From: Octopus vulgaris
Lineage: Eukaryota
NCBI GenBank assembly: GCA_951406725.2
Contig: OX597815.1
Location: forward strand, 52,886,001-52,950,000
DNA length: 64,000 bases
Reading direction: 5' to 3'
A program made the position numbers and the translations under genes. Shown one piece after another: positions 1 through 14,595 of this stretch. The notes below the pieces were generated by a model. It had not been told where the DNA came from, did not search any database, and saw nothing but the letters and a program-made list of their open reading frames with translations. Numbering within the stretch: position 1 is the first letter of the stretch; the number at the start of each line of letters is the position of its first letter.

Positions 1-495
1 AAACAAAAGACGAAGACAGGTGGAGTACAAACAAACAAATGTATTAGTATGGCGCTCAGGAATAGAAATAGAACAAGTTTTTTACGTTTCGAGCCTACGC
101 TCTTCGACAGAAAGATACACAGAAAAAAAACAAGGAGAGAAAAAAATGCGTGTAGGGGCTAACGATCTATCATGGCGTTCTGACTTCAGGCAGAGTTCAG
201 AGGTCAGACGTTAGACGCTAGAGGGACAGTAGAGGAGATAACAGGGTCAAGTGACTTCCAAAACGAAGGTGGCCCCAACACGAAGATGCGTGTGTGTATA
301 AGAGAGTATGTATGTGCGTGTGAAAGAGGGCTGGTGGTCTGGACGTGTGTATGTATGTATGTATGTGTGAGTGTGGAGATATGGGGATGGGTGTGTGGGT
401 GGTGTGTTGTGATGTGATGTGTAATATTGTATGGTGTAGTGTAGTGTGGTGTGATGTTGTGGGGAAGTGGGGGGGCGAGAGTGGGGAAAGCCATG
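1..495 (-). mobile_element. Non-autonomous Penelope-type pLTR-like repeat with minimal HHR-like motif (80-113); runs off the window start
   Basis: Minus strand reads CTGTCGA-A-GAGC-gtag-GCTC-GAAA-CG-TA. Homologous copies lie at 14655-14840, 28690-28885 and 55953-56420. The right boundary is approximate. Confidence 0.6.
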
Positions 496-522
496 TGGGG
501 TATATATATATATATACATATT

Positions 523-553
<31 letters not shown>

Positions 554-584
554 CATGTATATATATATATTATTTTAAATTTAT

Positions 585-1566
585 TTTTATTTTATCTTAT
601 CTAGTTTCAGCTCACGAGCTGCGGCCATGCTGGGGCACCGCCATTTGGTGTTGCTACATGATTTTACTTCACGAATGCTTTTTAGCAACTGCCATTTGGT
701 GCATGAGAGAGTTCGATGCAGCTGCCCTCATCTGCACCTCCTGCCGTAAAGTTGGTTCATCCGGGACACCTGACAGGAAGAGATCCAGTTCTACTTTAAA
801 GACATCCGCATCCACCGCAGGTCCCTCAGGTTCTTCGGGAGGATATTGAAGAGCTGTGGGCCTCTGAAGCCCAGGCTATCACAGTATCTTGTCCTACATC
901 TTGATGGCAAATTTGGAGTCCTTGGCACCACGCAGTGGCGCCCAGTTCTGGCATTTGTGTAACTCTCGATGCCAAAGTTTGGGACAAGTCCTTCCAGGAT
1001 CTTCCAGATGTATATTATGGCATATCTTTCTCGCCTACGCTCCAAGGAATAGAGTTTTAATCTCTTGAGTCTTTCCCAGTAGCTTACATGCTGCACAGAG
1101 GCTATCTTCTTCGTGTAGCTTCGTTGGATCGCCTCAAATTCTGTGATCAACTTGACACTGGATGGTGACCATAGCTGAGAGCAATATTCAAAGTGGCTTA
1201 GGACAAGTGTCCTCCAGAGGACCATCATGATTTCTTGTTCTCTTGCTCTAAAGGTTCTAAGAATCCATCCGGCCAGCCGTCTACATTTCATTGCCAATTT
1301 AGCAACATGTACATGAAAGGTTGCGTCATCACTCATGTAAATACCCAGGTCACGCACTGATTGTGCCTCTGAGATTGCAATCCCTCCGGGTCCAGTGTAT
1401 TCATTGGGTATTGCATTTAGTTTTGCATGCTGATAGCATAAAGCTTGAAACTTTTCAGCATTGAACTGCATGCTATTCTTTTCAGCCCACTTGTATATTT
1501 TGTCCAGCTCACATTGTCTTCAGGGTTCTGTATTGCCTGTGAAACTTTTGTATCATCTACATAAAA
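585..1566 (-). mobile_element. 5'-truncated CR1/L2-group LINE: RT C-terminus plus 3' tail, frameshifted
   Basis: Motifs YVDDTK, MQFNAEKFQAL, VRDLGI, YCSQLWSP, YWERLKRLKLYSLERRRERY, then FKVELDLFLSGVPDEP...RAAASNSL to a TGA at 669-671. The 3' tail spans ~585-645. Confidence 0.88.
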
Positions 1567-1624
1567 TGAATATATGCATATATACATACATATATGTACA
1601 TACCAACATCTATATGTATATATA

Positions 1625-2290
1625 CATGCATATATTGGTACAGGACATAAAAAAACGCTGAACACAATGAGAATCGAAAACATAAAAACAAAAACATAGA
1701 AAACGAACTTTCTTTCGAACAACGGAAAAAACAAACAGAAACGATACTTGCAGCATAAAGAATATTCCCCTTTATCAGTTGTGCCTGTTTCAACTACTCC
1801 GCGTTCGAAGGCAAGGACAATATGCGACTTCATTGAAACAATCCTTCCCGCAAAGGAAATTAAGTAAAATTTGGAATTTTTGTGGAGGGTGAAAGTGGTA
1901 ACAAGAACAGGACAGTAAGAACAAGACAGTAAAAACAAACGGTGAGGGCTGTTAAGCTAAGAAGATAGAAAAATTATTATGAACGCTAGGAGGACGAGCT
2001 TATGAGATGAGAAACTTATAAGCACGTGTTGTCATTAGGAAGGAAATGGGCAGAAAGGTAGATTCCCTTTCGTCACGTGTCAGCGACGAGCGAATCAAGG
2101 AGGAAGAGTGAGAGAGAGGGAACAGTGAAGAGGAGAGGAGAAGAATAGGAAAGGGTGGGAGAGAAAATCAGAAAGGATGAAGAACAAGAGCGGGAGATAG
2201 ATAGATAGAGAACAGATAGTAGAGATAGAATAGTGCGCATCGTAATTGTGTTCAAGATTTTTTTGATGTCCTGTACCCATATATACATAT
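1625..2290. mobile_element. Non-coding repeat with partially inverted ends (Penelope-derivative-like), abutting the LINE 5' breakpoint via a TA-rich tract
   Basis: 1625-1672 is a diverged reverse complement of 2244-2287. The body is homologous to 31770-32385, 29590-29760 and 58195-58420. Confidence 0.6.
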
Positions 2291-2732
2291 ATATGTAGGT
2301 ATGTACATATATGTATGTATATATGAATATATTTATATATTATTTATATTATTATATGATCGAACGTCACACATACTTTTCCAAGTATATATATATATAT
2401 GTTCGTGTATATGTTTACATGTATGTAAATTGTTATATGTTTGTAACTACAAATCTACATATTCCTAAAAACTATTTCACATGCTATTTAATCATATATG
2501 TAGGTGACTTTACGAACTTTCATTTTCTTTTACTTATGTGAATGTATACATATGCACACATGCATAAACAATTACAAATGCGTATCCATGTGCTTCTATA
2601 TATATTAGTATGGATGTACTTGTTCATATGTATATGAGGGTATGCGAAGATAACTTTCATGTGTGTGAGTTGTGTATAAACGTGTGTATATATGTATACT
2701 GATACATGTGTATGTGCGCATATGTATACATA

Positions 2733-2786
<54 letters not shown>

Positions 2787-4095
2787 GTATATGTATGTAT
2801 TCGTATATATGTATGTATGTATGTATGCATGTATGTATGTATGTATGTATGCTTGTGTACATGTATATATATATATATATATGTATATGTGTGCATGTGT
2901 GTATATATATATATATATATATTTACATATATATATATATATACATACATACAAATCCATATATAAATTTATATGATTTTATTTATACCTTATAAATGAA
3001 TATTTGATTGTTTTTGTTAACTATAAATTTACCCTTTTTTATATTTATTTTTCCTCAATTATCTCTATTTTTACTTTGTTTATTTTTCTAGTTTTCTTTA
3101 TTTTACTCTATCCCTAATAATATTTTAACCAATCAATAAACCCTTCAGCCGAGCATATGATAATACAAATTATAAAGCGTAATATTTAGTTTGCTGAAAT
3201 GAATTGAAGGGTCCGCATATAACATCTTTTTTTTATGATAAAATTATTCACTCCGAAAAGATAAAAGGAAAAGTCGGAATTTGAACTCAGAACGCAGTGA
3301 CAGGCGAAATACCGCTAAGCACGCGCACACATAGTATGCCGTGCATTTCGTTTTCAGTAACATAGTTAGCATAAGGCAGTCTAAATGATGATGAGCCTTG
3401 TGTAATATTTATTAATTAGTACATAATATGTCCAGATATGAATTTAGTACATAATTAGTCCAGATATGAATTTATATTTGACTTCTATTAATGTTTGATG
3501 CTGAGCCATTTTGTTTTCCAGTGACGAAATGTATAGGATGGAATGAGATGATTCTTCACATCGCATGATTCGGAAGTACCAGGTAAAGATTTCATAAAGT
3601 CTCAACTTTCCAATGATAGGACTTTCTTCTCATCAAAGTACGCCAATTTATTCAGACTGGAAGCCTATATATTTACGAGTTAAATCCACTTTTTGTATGT
3701 TTTACATATAAAGAGCTTGAAACAAACATCAATAACGGAAAAAGTAGTGGTGATGGTGGTGGTGATAGTATTGAGGGGAGGGCGATGGCTAGCATGGTCA
3801 TGGTGGTTTTAGTAAAACTGATGATGATAGTAGTTGTAGTGAGAGTGATGGTGATAGTAGTGATAGTAGTGTTGGTGGTAGTGGTGGAATTGGTATAGAG
3901 CTGGTGGTAGTAGTGATGGCGGTAGTGAATGTGGGGGTGACGGTAAAAATGGTGGTAAAAGTCATAGAAATAGTAATAGTGGTAGCCGCTAGGTGGTGAT
4001 GGTGGAAGTTGAGATGATAATGGAAGTAGTAATAGTGTGTGTATGTGTGTGTGTATGCGTGTGTGTGTGTTTGTGTGTGTGTGCGTGTGTGTGTT

Positions 4096-4160
<65 letters not shown>

Positions 4161-4734
4161 TAAAGCAAGGAAAAGGCTGAGTGAGTCTGAAAGAGCGAGA
4201 GTGGCTGTAAGAAAATATTAGATTCTGTCTATGTATGTGCAGATATAAGTATGAGTTAGTGTGTGGGGAGGGGTGAAAGAGAGAGAGAGAGGGATAGAGA
4301 GGAAACGGGAGGGACAGTGTGTTTATGTGTGAGTGCATGTGCGTGTATGTCTGTGGATAGGAGATAAGGTAAGAGAGAAAGCAAAGGTATGAATGTGTAT
4401 GTAATTATGTATGTATGTATGTATGTATGTATGTATGTGTGTGTAGGTGTGCGTGTGTGTGTATGTGTGTATGTAGGTGTGCGTGATACAATGAGTGTAT
4501 GTGTGCTAGAAATAGCGACGGTGTGGACGAGAGACTGAATGTGTGCATGAGAGGAAGTGAATCGAAAGAAAGTACTTGAATATAAATGTAGGTGTGAGAG
4601 AGCGTGCAAATATGTGTGTGAATGCATGTATATGTGAAAGTGAGAGAGTACATGAGTTCTCATAATGTTAGACAGCCAACGACAATGTCATGTCAGTGCT
4701 AATGTCATACTGACGAGTGCAGGTCTACTGCTGC

Positions 4735-4775
<41 letters not shown>

Positions 4776-7700
4776 CGTGCGTGCATGTGTGTGTGTGTGT
4801 GTGTGCGTGTGAGTGCTAGTGTAAGTATGTCAAGGACATCACTAACAATCCGAATCAACACAGCCTCAACAATAGGCATTCAGTCCCATGAGCAAGTCAG
4901 ATGTCAAACCTTTCACGAATCAATGAGACCGACTTAGTCAGATGTTTGCTCACCTCTGTGTACACTCTCCACCTTCGCCCATACACATGTACCAAGCAAC
5001 AGACATACACATAGCAATATGCATGTACACTTGTGCATGGAAAACAGAAAAACACTTATTCTTTATATATTTTAAAAAGGCCGTTTCCTAGCTTTATTAT
5101 TTTATTTTATCAAGGATTTAAAAAATATTTTCGTTTGAGTTTATCGTTTATTGAGTTTATAGAATAACGTTTTTAATTCCAGAAATCTCATTTTCTGGAT
5201 GAAGTGATTTTGTCACGTGTTGCTATCTCTTCATAAGAGGCTGAGTTAACTGTGGCTCACTGTGACATTAACAACAGGACTTTAAGTTTCACCGTTAGCA
5301 TTCGGGTATTTACTTTTCTTTATGATAAGTATTTGCTGGCCGTGTGTATTTTGGTATCACTTACGGTGTATTGTTTCCAACATTCATCGTCTACTTTTGA
5401 TGGTAACTCTGTAGCGTTTAGATATGTTTTCCACTCATGTTTATACATCGACTTTTGTAGTGTGTTGTTGGAGTGTAGTGCATTGCGACTGTTCGTTGTA
5501 TGTGCATCGTGATCCAGGAACGAGAATCGATTTGTACGGCCAATACAGAAGTTGTAGTGGTGAGATTTACGTTGTTCATGTTTGCAATCGAGTGGATATA
5601 AATCATTTTGATCATTTGCGGCTTGTTTGAGTGTTTACGTGCTTGTAATTTTGTTACTGGTGGGATAGTTTTGATTTTAATGTTTTTGTTATAAATTATT
5701 AGCGCTACTCGATAATTTGGTGTTCCGTTTTTAAGAGTTTTATCGATGATATATCGCTGAGCATCATAATTTACTTTTAGTGTATCTGTGGTGATTGATG
5801 TTTTTGTTGCATTATATTTCTGTATCTATTGTTCCATTAATTTGTTAAAATATTCGTTCTTGAAAGGTATTTTTCTAAGCTGTAGATTTATTTATCTTAT
5901 GTTTCATTTATGGATGAAGATCTAAATGCTTTTCACAGTAAGAATCACTTAAGATGCTGCACAGTGGGACTGGACTCGAAACCACGTGATGCAAAGAAAA
6001 TTTCTTACTCACAGATGCGCACATATTCGTACACACATAAACACAAACGAACACACACGCATAAATACTTATAGTGAAAGGCTTTGCCAAAATCAATACC
6101 CAGCTGGATTCACAAAGAAAAGCTCAGAATTACATATAAAAGTTTAAAGTAACTTTTGAAATTGGTCCATTTTCAGAGCCAGAAATACTGGTGTCTTATA
6201 CAAAAGCTTACTAATGATGTTAGACCGCTGAGGGAATATCTAGACATCACTATAAACCAAATTATCCATCAATTTATAACAAACAGTAAAGAATCAAATA
6301 ACAAGATACCGAAAGACAGTCGAGAGGAAAATCATCCAAATCACGAGTAAAATTAAGTTTTCATAACTTTTACTTATGAAGAACTTCAAACAAATATCAG
6401 TAATTTATAAAAATAGAAATGCCATAGGACTTGATAGCATCTTCACAATATATTGCATGTATTTGAAAATATCCACAAATACAACTTAAATTCTGAATTT
6501 AATTATGTCATCTACGCCTCTAGAGGCTGTATCATAATTACTAAATGGTAATTAAGTTCAGCTTCTCATGAAAAGGACGGTAACCGCAAGATTCAACAAA
6601 TTTCCAAAGTTGCTTTCTAGCGGTTTGATTCCTCTCATCTCACATGAGAATATTGTAATGCTATTTTACTATGCACTTTCTGGTGTGATGGTTAGAACAA
6701 CATTAACAGCGCATATCATTATTCAAAGGTGTCTGTCGAAATAATTATGTTTACTTTTAAAATAATTTGATTCAAGGAAGGACTGGTGGCTACTTCTTGC
6801 GAGTCCAACGTTTACATAGAAGCTCACATTTGTTTAATTTTACACACATTGTTTTCAAATGTGCTTGATAGTTAAAATATTGGGACCATCTATAATTAAT
6901 CATGGATGATATAATACAACGCACCATCAGCAAAACACTAAACAGAGCTTAATTTTTTCTCCTGGAAATCCCTTCCAGAAATATCTTCGTTTGATTCTTT
7001 CACATAAAAATACCTAGTAAAAATATAATTCCAAAACATCAAACCTCAATTAAGGTAATTTCCAAGAGATAAGCTATTGCTGGGTTAGAATACGTAAAAC
7101 TTATAATTGAAATCGACTATTGCTTGCAGTCAGTCTTATATTTAGTCGTCTGCTTGCTGTCAAACAGGAAAATTGATTTTTCAGAATAGTAGATATCATA
7201 CACTAAGACTTATTGTTTTAGGAAGTTTCTATAGAAAATTAAGGTTTCCCCAAGCCAACTGCACAGCACGCATTTAATATTTCCCACTTTTTTTCTTTTT
7301 TCACTAAACGTGGTAATATAGTAAGAACCAACAAGTTAAAGATTGTGAAAGAAATCTTTGTATTATTGTGTGGCTTTACAAGGTGACACCATATTCAAAT
7401 TGGTATCTTCAAATAACAATTCTCGCACATTTTCCTTTTAATTTTGTCATTCCTTGTTTAAGGACACCAGCGTTAATATTTTCCTGAGCAAAATATGTTG
7501 GTACTGACAGACGTCTGTTTGCAAAATATGAGTGATCCAGAGATGTATATCCAAATTAGCGGCGATCATCCTCAAACACCTGCAAAATTGTCCCTGTTTA
7601 TCCTCAGTCCGGATACCTTAAGAAACAGTAAAAATAATAGTAATAAAGAAACACGAAACATCCCTCCATGGTCACCCTCGCTCCGGCATCACCACCAGTT

Positions 7701-8404
7701 TCCTTTAGATGAGCATTACTGATAATTCTGTATTATAAATTGTTTATAAAGCTGACCTTTGAATGTCACCATATGTCCCATGAGATCAATTGACTATGAT
7801 TTAAGGAATGCTACACACACAAACAAACTGAAAGATTAAAATGATGAAATAGTTAATTTTGTATGTAATATAATTTTCAATCTTCAGATTTTTTTAAAAT
7901 ATGCAAAGACACTGGTTTTAATTGATTAATATCAAATTTCTACCCTCATTATTTAATTTTTAAATAACAATGTTCTGTAACCGGTAAATTAGCAGCAGAA
8001 ATTTATTAACTGCAGAGCTATTTCCGGCTTCAGCGCGCCAAAATGAGGACATTTGAAAAATACCCCCAAATATAATTTGCAGAACTTTATACATACTCTC
8101 TTTCGGGTGAGCATTCCGTGCCTAGTTCTGGAAATTATGTTTTGTAAGCGACATACTATGCTGATGACCTTACAGATATTTACATTCGTAAAAATCACAA
8201 GCGGAACCACTGGTACGTAGGTAATCGTATATTTTCATTTGTCTTGCTCATTTTTACATCCTGGCGTTTTGTTGATTTTTCTTTTTTTGAGAACACACTC
8301 TTCGTGGTAAGGCGATTTGACGTCTATATTTAGCATATCAGGAGTCCACTTTGGTGGTCATTCCTCTACATATATATGTACATACATGCATACATGCATA
8401 CATG

Positions 8405-8453
<49 letters not shown>

Positions 8454-8459
8454 GTATAT

Positions 8460-9470
8460 TTTTCCCGAATTTGTGTAATTGTGTATAGAATAATATATCA
8501 GTAAATGAAAGTTACAACATGGTCTGGTTTTCAGGTTTTTATTATTGTATTTAGAAGAAATTACAATGTTGAAGTGTGTTAAACATTAAGAAAGTATTTC
8601 GTAATGTTCATAAAGTTCAATTAGCGCATTCAAACGTTCGTAGTAATCGTCAGATTTCAAAATATATCTAACTGACAGTTGAGTTTTTGACAACTGTAGT
8701 AAAATGACTGACTTCTTTTTTATACTTTTTAAAAAGGCTCCGACAAGCTGAATTTTTCGAAAGCGATTTTGACCAATCAGCATGTAGTTTAAATGTCATG
8801 GTTTCCTAGGCGCACCGATATTACTGGCATAGATCCCGCCCTTTATTTTAGCCAATTAGCTTGCAATTTACATGTAATGATTTTGTGAGTGAGCAAACTT
8901 AGTTGGTTTCGGTCATTTTTATTTCAATCGGTGGCAGTCTTCTGTAATTTGTTTATATTCATATGTGAAAGATATTTTAAATCCACATCATTAACTGGTT
9001 GTTATATTATTGTTGATATTTCCGTTCAGAACAGGTTTGAACATTTTAAGGAAACGCTTTTCTTTTATCTTCCTGCCAACCTCACTTGTGTCATGTAGTT
9101 TGTGGAAAGGAAAAGTTAGAAGCATTTTCTGAAAACATGTTTCTATATGTTCGCTCAATGGAATTTGGCGAACATTAGTGTTCCAGATTCGTTGTCTGTG
9201 AACTCATGTGCGTTCCAATAATGCATTCCCAGTCTCACCAATGTATAGTTCCTCGCAATTAGGGCATGTAATGCAGTGGTTAAAATTTCTGCTTTTGCAG
9301 TTCATATCTGCATTTGTGGAAATCTGTCCAGTGTTTGTATCCATATGCTGACACGTTCTACATCTCTTATCATTACACTCGGATACTGTGAATGTTTTAT
9401 TCTGTTTGTTCATGTTGAATCTTGCCTTTGTTAAGAGTTTCTTTAGTTTATGTGGTTGCCTTTTGCTTAA
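8460..9470 (-). mobile_element. Penelope-like element 3' part: Zn-knuckle linker, GIY-YIG endonuclease (disrupted) and 3' non-coding end
   Basis: Translation KRQPHKLKKLLTKARF..CNDKRCRTCQH..MNCKSRN..CITCPNCEELYIGETGNALLER*VHRQ..KEKRFLKMFKPVLN. A decayed CTGACGA..GAAA motif lies near 8590-8657. Confidence 0.85.
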
Positions 9471-9679
9471 GAAAGTGTTTGATTACAATCATATCTACTC
9501 ATACAAATATTTATCGATGTGCTATAATTTGTATCTATATTTACCTGCATTCTATTAGCACAGCCAGCTAGCACTCGGAAACGACTACCACTTAGTAAAT
9601 GCACCATACTTTAGTCATGAACAGGCACCTTCCGCTCCCCCTGCTATTAGATCTCTCTCTCTCTTTCACTTTCTGTTTC

Positions 9680-9895
9680 CCTCTAGGGGGAATATCCAGG
9701 ATGTGAAAGCTGGAAGAGAGAGGGCTTCGCCAGTACCCAACTGGTACATATAACAGCTACATAGACTGAAGCAACGTGGAATGAAGTGTCTTGTTGAAAG
9801 ACACAACACATCGCCCAATTTCAATATTGAACCCACGATCATATAATTCTGAACCGAAACCTCAACTACTAGCTTACGCACTTTCACGTCCAACA
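9680..9895 (-). mobile_element. Degenerate tRNA-derived SINE
   Basis: Minus strand has a tRNA-like head (gtgggttcaat) followed by gtgttgtgtctttcaacaagacactt, resembling a conserved SINE central domain. Confidence 0.5.
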
Positions 9896-9914
9896 AGATT
9901 CTTTATTTACACTA

Positions 9915-10122
9915 CTGATTTCAAATTTTGATGTAAGGCCAGCAAGTTTGGGTTGAAGTTAAATCGATTACATCAACCCAAGTGCTCAACTGGTACTTAT
10001 TTTATCGACCCCTAAAGGATGAAAGGCAAAGTTAATCTCGGCGGAATTTGGAGTCAGAACGTTTGGACCGGACGAAATGCCGCTAAGCCCGGTGTGCTAA
10101 CGATTCTGCCATTTCGCTGCCT
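9915..10122 (-). mobile_element. SINE family B (tRNA head plus Nin-like domain gcctttcatcct..gtcgataaa..agtaccag)
   Basis: Full-length-like copy. Other copies at about 3258-3320, 20567-20778, 22106-22305(+), 35170-35378, 36013-36242, 38395-38608, 40618-40820, 41728-41940, 42085-42245, 42330-42500, 60755-60890 and 63365-63560(+). Confidence 0.8.
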
Positions 10123-10355
10123 TGTCTTTATTTATATTTCCGTCGCTTTGCAGGAATTTATGTTTACATTTTCCTCTACTCAATGAGATTTTTAATCTAT
10201 ATTTAATCTCTCTCATTTCGCTCTCTCTCTCTCTCTCTCTGTCCGTTTCTGTGTCTTTATTCCCGTCTCTCTCTATATATGTTGCACCGCCTCTCTCTCT
10301 CTCTTTCTCTCTCTCTCTCTATACATATATGTATGTTGCACCGCATCTCTCTCTT

Positions 10356-10386
<31 letters not shown>

Positions 10387-10559
10387 GTTGTACCGACTCT
10401 CTCTCTCTCTCTCCCTCTGAACATCATAAACAAAGGTTCTGAAAAAACTGCGTTTAGAGATTCATAATCTTTTGTTTTTGATGAATTATTGAATTAGCTA
10501 AAGCGAAAATTCTTTGCTAAAACAATAAATGTTGAAAATATTAATTACACGCACACACG

Positions 10560-10620
<61 letters not shown>

Positions 10621-11048
10621 ATATCTATCTATCTATTTATCTATCTAGCTATCCATCTCTCTCTCTCTGTTTTCCGTTTGCTCTGCTTTCGTCTGATTTT
10701 TCCTCATTGTGTTCTTTCTGTTCTGCCCTTATTATATAATGTATACATTCACTCCCGAGAAATTCTGTATTTATCTATATCTATATTTGCCTCGATTCTA
10801 TGGGAGTCTAATTTAGATCTTTCTCTACATCTCTACCGTCACTCGGATAAGGTTGTAGAGTAGAGGATTGGAAAATCAAGGAAAAGCACATTCTGAAATT
10901 TAATTCTACAAGAAACTTACTTCAATGTCTGTGATTATAGATTATATTTAAGTGGAAGACCTTTTAAGGAAAAGCTGTTTTGATAAGAAGTTTGCTTGCC
11001 AACCACATGATTCTTGGTTCAGTCACATTATATATATATGCTTTATAG

Positions 11049-11163
<115 letters not shown>

Positions 11164-11201
11164 GATAGATATATAGATAGATAGATATAGATATGCATAT
11201 G

Positions 11202-11233
<32 letters not shown>

Positions 11234-11504
11234 GAGCGAGAGGAGAGAGAAAGTCAAACAAAAAGTGAGATCGAGGGAATCTCAATATAGAAAACACTTT
11301 GTAGTGCTCAAATGATTTGAACTTACACTCCGATACCTTCACCGGGGACCAAGAGTCGCTATAAAGGGAATCCAGGTGAGCAGATATGGAGACAATGATT
11401 CCAATAAGCAGACAAAACCTTGTGTTTTTATGTACAAAATATATATACATGTATACATGTAAAAAGAGAAAGCAGATACAACATTTTACGATGATAAACA
11501 TTCT

Positions 11505-11574
<70 letters not shown>

Positions 11575-12268
11575 TAATTATAGGGTTAACTTACTCAGAT
11601 TTCATAGACTCAAAGAATTGGCGGGAAGAAGGCGCTACAGGTCCTACAGCTGTTTCTCAGTGCTCAGAATTACTCAATGTTGGCTGATGTAGCTGATGAA
11701 AACTTTTCAGCCGCTAATGGAAGCAAAAAAATAAAAGAAAAGAAAAAAACCATTGGTAAACTCCAGACCCTCCTTCATTAGGATGGATAGATAAGAATCT
11801 AAGATTATTATGGAGTGAAATGTAAAAGCAGAATAGGTAGTAGGCACTAGGAAGTAGATGGTTGGATGAGTGTATGTGGAGAGTTGAAGCAAGGGAAGGG
11901 AGAAAGGTCAGAGAGTCATATCCACATGATGGAGTGGTGAATGCATTAGACACTACCATCGCGTTATGGACACCACATAGAGGATTTCGTGCTTACGGAA
12001 ATTGAAAAGAATGACCATTAATTTCGGGATACGATCGGTAATTTCACTCTTACGGAAACTCGTTTTGCGTTAATAACTTACAAAACTATCATCACGTTTC
12101 ACCTATACATGCATACATATACACATATGTATATGTAATGTACTTAATGCATAATGTGAATATCTATTTATATGTATGTATGTATATATGTGTGTATATG
12201 TGTATATATATATATGTATTTGTATATCTATCTATATATATATATGCATGTATTATATACATGTGTGC

Positions 12269-12307
<39 letters not shown>

Positions 12308-12325
12308 TACATATATATATATAGA

Positions 12326-12453
<128 letters not shown>

Positions 12454-12611
12454 ATATTGGCAGGGCTGGCCTGCTAGGTAGCCGGCCAGAATGCTAGAAG
12501 ATCATCAACGATCAAACTACAAGGGAAATTCTCTAGAGGAAGAATTCAGCGAACACCAGAACCAAATTTGGCGGGCAGGACATATGAAAAATTAAATAAA
12601 AAATAGACTTA

Positions 12612-12687
12612 AATGCATACCTCGGTTTCGGTCTTAACAAAAGAATTACTTGCATAATTCAAGTGTCCGTGACTTCATCAGTACATT
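12612..12687 (-). ncRNA. Type I hammerhead ribozyme, unit 1
   Basis: Minus strand: aatgta-CTGATGA-agtc..[gaattat GCAA gtaattc]..gacc-GAAA-ccgagg-TA-tgcatt. Stem I is aatgta/tgcatt and the cleavage triplet is GUA. Confidence 0.8.
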
Positions 12688-13158
12688 CGGTCCTCGAGAT
12701 GCAAATCGCAAGACTAACCCCAGCTCTCTGTGTCAAAACAGACACGTGCTTAGTCTTACTGATTACATCGGGAATAAAATTTCAAATGTCTTGGTTCTGG
12801 CGCGCTAAGAGACTCCTGAAGCGAAGGGCTACAGTGAATAATTCACTGCGGGATAATGCTTACAACTAGGGAACGTATTTATTTAAATATTTAAAAATTG
12901 AGGGAGATAAATTAATATTAATTTTAATATCAATTTAAAACCAGTAGTCCAGCATTCAAAAAATCTGAGGAGTCAGAGAAAATTCAAATATATGTGTATA
13001 TTGGCAGGGCTGGCCTGCTAGGTAGCCGGCCAGAATGCTAGAAGAAGATCATCAACGATCAAACTACAAGGGAAATTCTCTAGAGGAAGAATTCAGCGAA
13101 CACCAGAACCAAATTTGGCGGGCAGGACATATGAAAAATTAAATAAAAAACAGACTTA

Positions 13159-13234
13159 AATGCATACCTCGGTTTCGGTCTTAACAAAAGAATTACTTGC
13201 ATAATTCAAGTGTCCGTGACTTCATCAGTACATT
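13159..13234 (-). ncRNA. Type I hammerhead ribozyme, unit 2
   Basis: Motif identical to unit 1. Confidence 0.8.
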
Positions 13235-13704
13235 CGGTCCTCGAGATGCAAACCGCAAGACTAACCCCAGCTCTCTGTGTCAAAACAGACACGTGCTTAG
13301 TCTTACTGATTACATCGGGAATAAAATTTCAAATGTCTTGGTTCTGGCGCGCTAAGAGACTCCTGAAGCGAAGGGCTGCAGTGAATAATTCCCTGCGGGT
13401 AATGCTTACAACTAGGGAACGTATTTATTTAAATATTTAAAAATTGAGGGAGATAAATTAATATTAATTTTAATATCAATTTAAAACCAGTAGTCCAGCA
13501 TTCAAAAAATCTGAGGAGTCAGAGAAAATTCAAATATATGTGTATATTGGCAGGGCTGGCCTGCTAGGTAGCCGGCCAGAATGCTAGAAGAAGATCATCA
13601 ACGATCAAACTACAAGGGAAATTCTCTAGAGGAAGAATTCAGCGAACACCAGAACCAAATTTGGCGGGCAGGACATATGAAAAATTAAATAAAAAACAGA
13701 CTTA

Positions 13705-13780
13705 AATTCATACCTCGGTTTCGGTCTTAACAAAAGAATTGCTTGCATAATTCAAGTGTCCGTGACTTCATCAGTACATT
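13705..13780 (-). ncRNA. Type I hammerhead ribozyme, unit 3 (two pairing-disrupting changes)
   Basis: Same core. One stem I change (tgaatt) and one change in the stem II hairpin (gcaattc). Confidence 0.65.
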
Positions 13781-13978
13781 CGGTCCTCGAGATGCAAACC
13801 GCAAGACTAACCCCAGCTCTCTGTGTCAAAACAGACACGTGCTTAGTCTTACTGATTACATCGGGAATAAAATTTCAAATGTCTTGGTTCTGGCGCACTA
13901 AGAGACTCCTGAAGCGAAGGGCTGCAGTGAATAATTCACTGCGGGTAATGCTTACAACTAGGGAACGTATTTATTTAA

Positions 13979-14037
<59 letters not shown>

Positions 14038-14052
14038 TTGTGTGTGTATATA

Positions 14053-14087
<35 letters not shown>

Positions 14088-14093
<6 letters not shown>

Positions 14094-14595
14094 ATATATA
14101 ATGAATGGCCATAATAGGACATTCGACTAACTAGAAAGAGCAGCCAATCTCCAAACCACTAATAGTTGTAATTCTGAAATTGAAAGAGAAATAAAAACGT
14201 TTACCCTATCCTTTCTGGACTATGCATAGTTTCGGCAATCTTTAGTAAATAAATAAATTAAATTAAATTTATTTACAACTGGCGTGCCTCTTCAACAGAA
14301 ATGCCAAGGACTAACATATATTCACGAGGCGATAATAAGCATGTCTATATTCTATAAATTTTCAAAATCCACGCAACTCGTGCGGTTTTCTCAGCAGCAA
14401 ATATAAACTGCCGATTTAATTTCAAAATTAGCCAAAAAATCATTAATTAATAAATTTTAGGGTAGAATGTCCTATTATGGCCATTCCTTATATATTTGAA
14501 TGCATATTATATAGTCTATTGACTAATTTTTCCTTCCTCACTTGACCGCTAGTAGCGGAGAATTTTTCGAGAATTTTTTGCTACCCTAAAATTTA

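Noticed and set aside
6090-6620. Ancient LINE remnant (KNRNAIGLDSIF-like motif)
   Set aside because: It is too degraded to support a call or boundaries by eye.
12663-14130. Repeated 68-124-aa ORF MSVTSSVHSVLEMQ..
   Set aside because: It has a GTG start, no recognisable domain and a frameshift between units, and it is antisense to the structured ribozyme strand.
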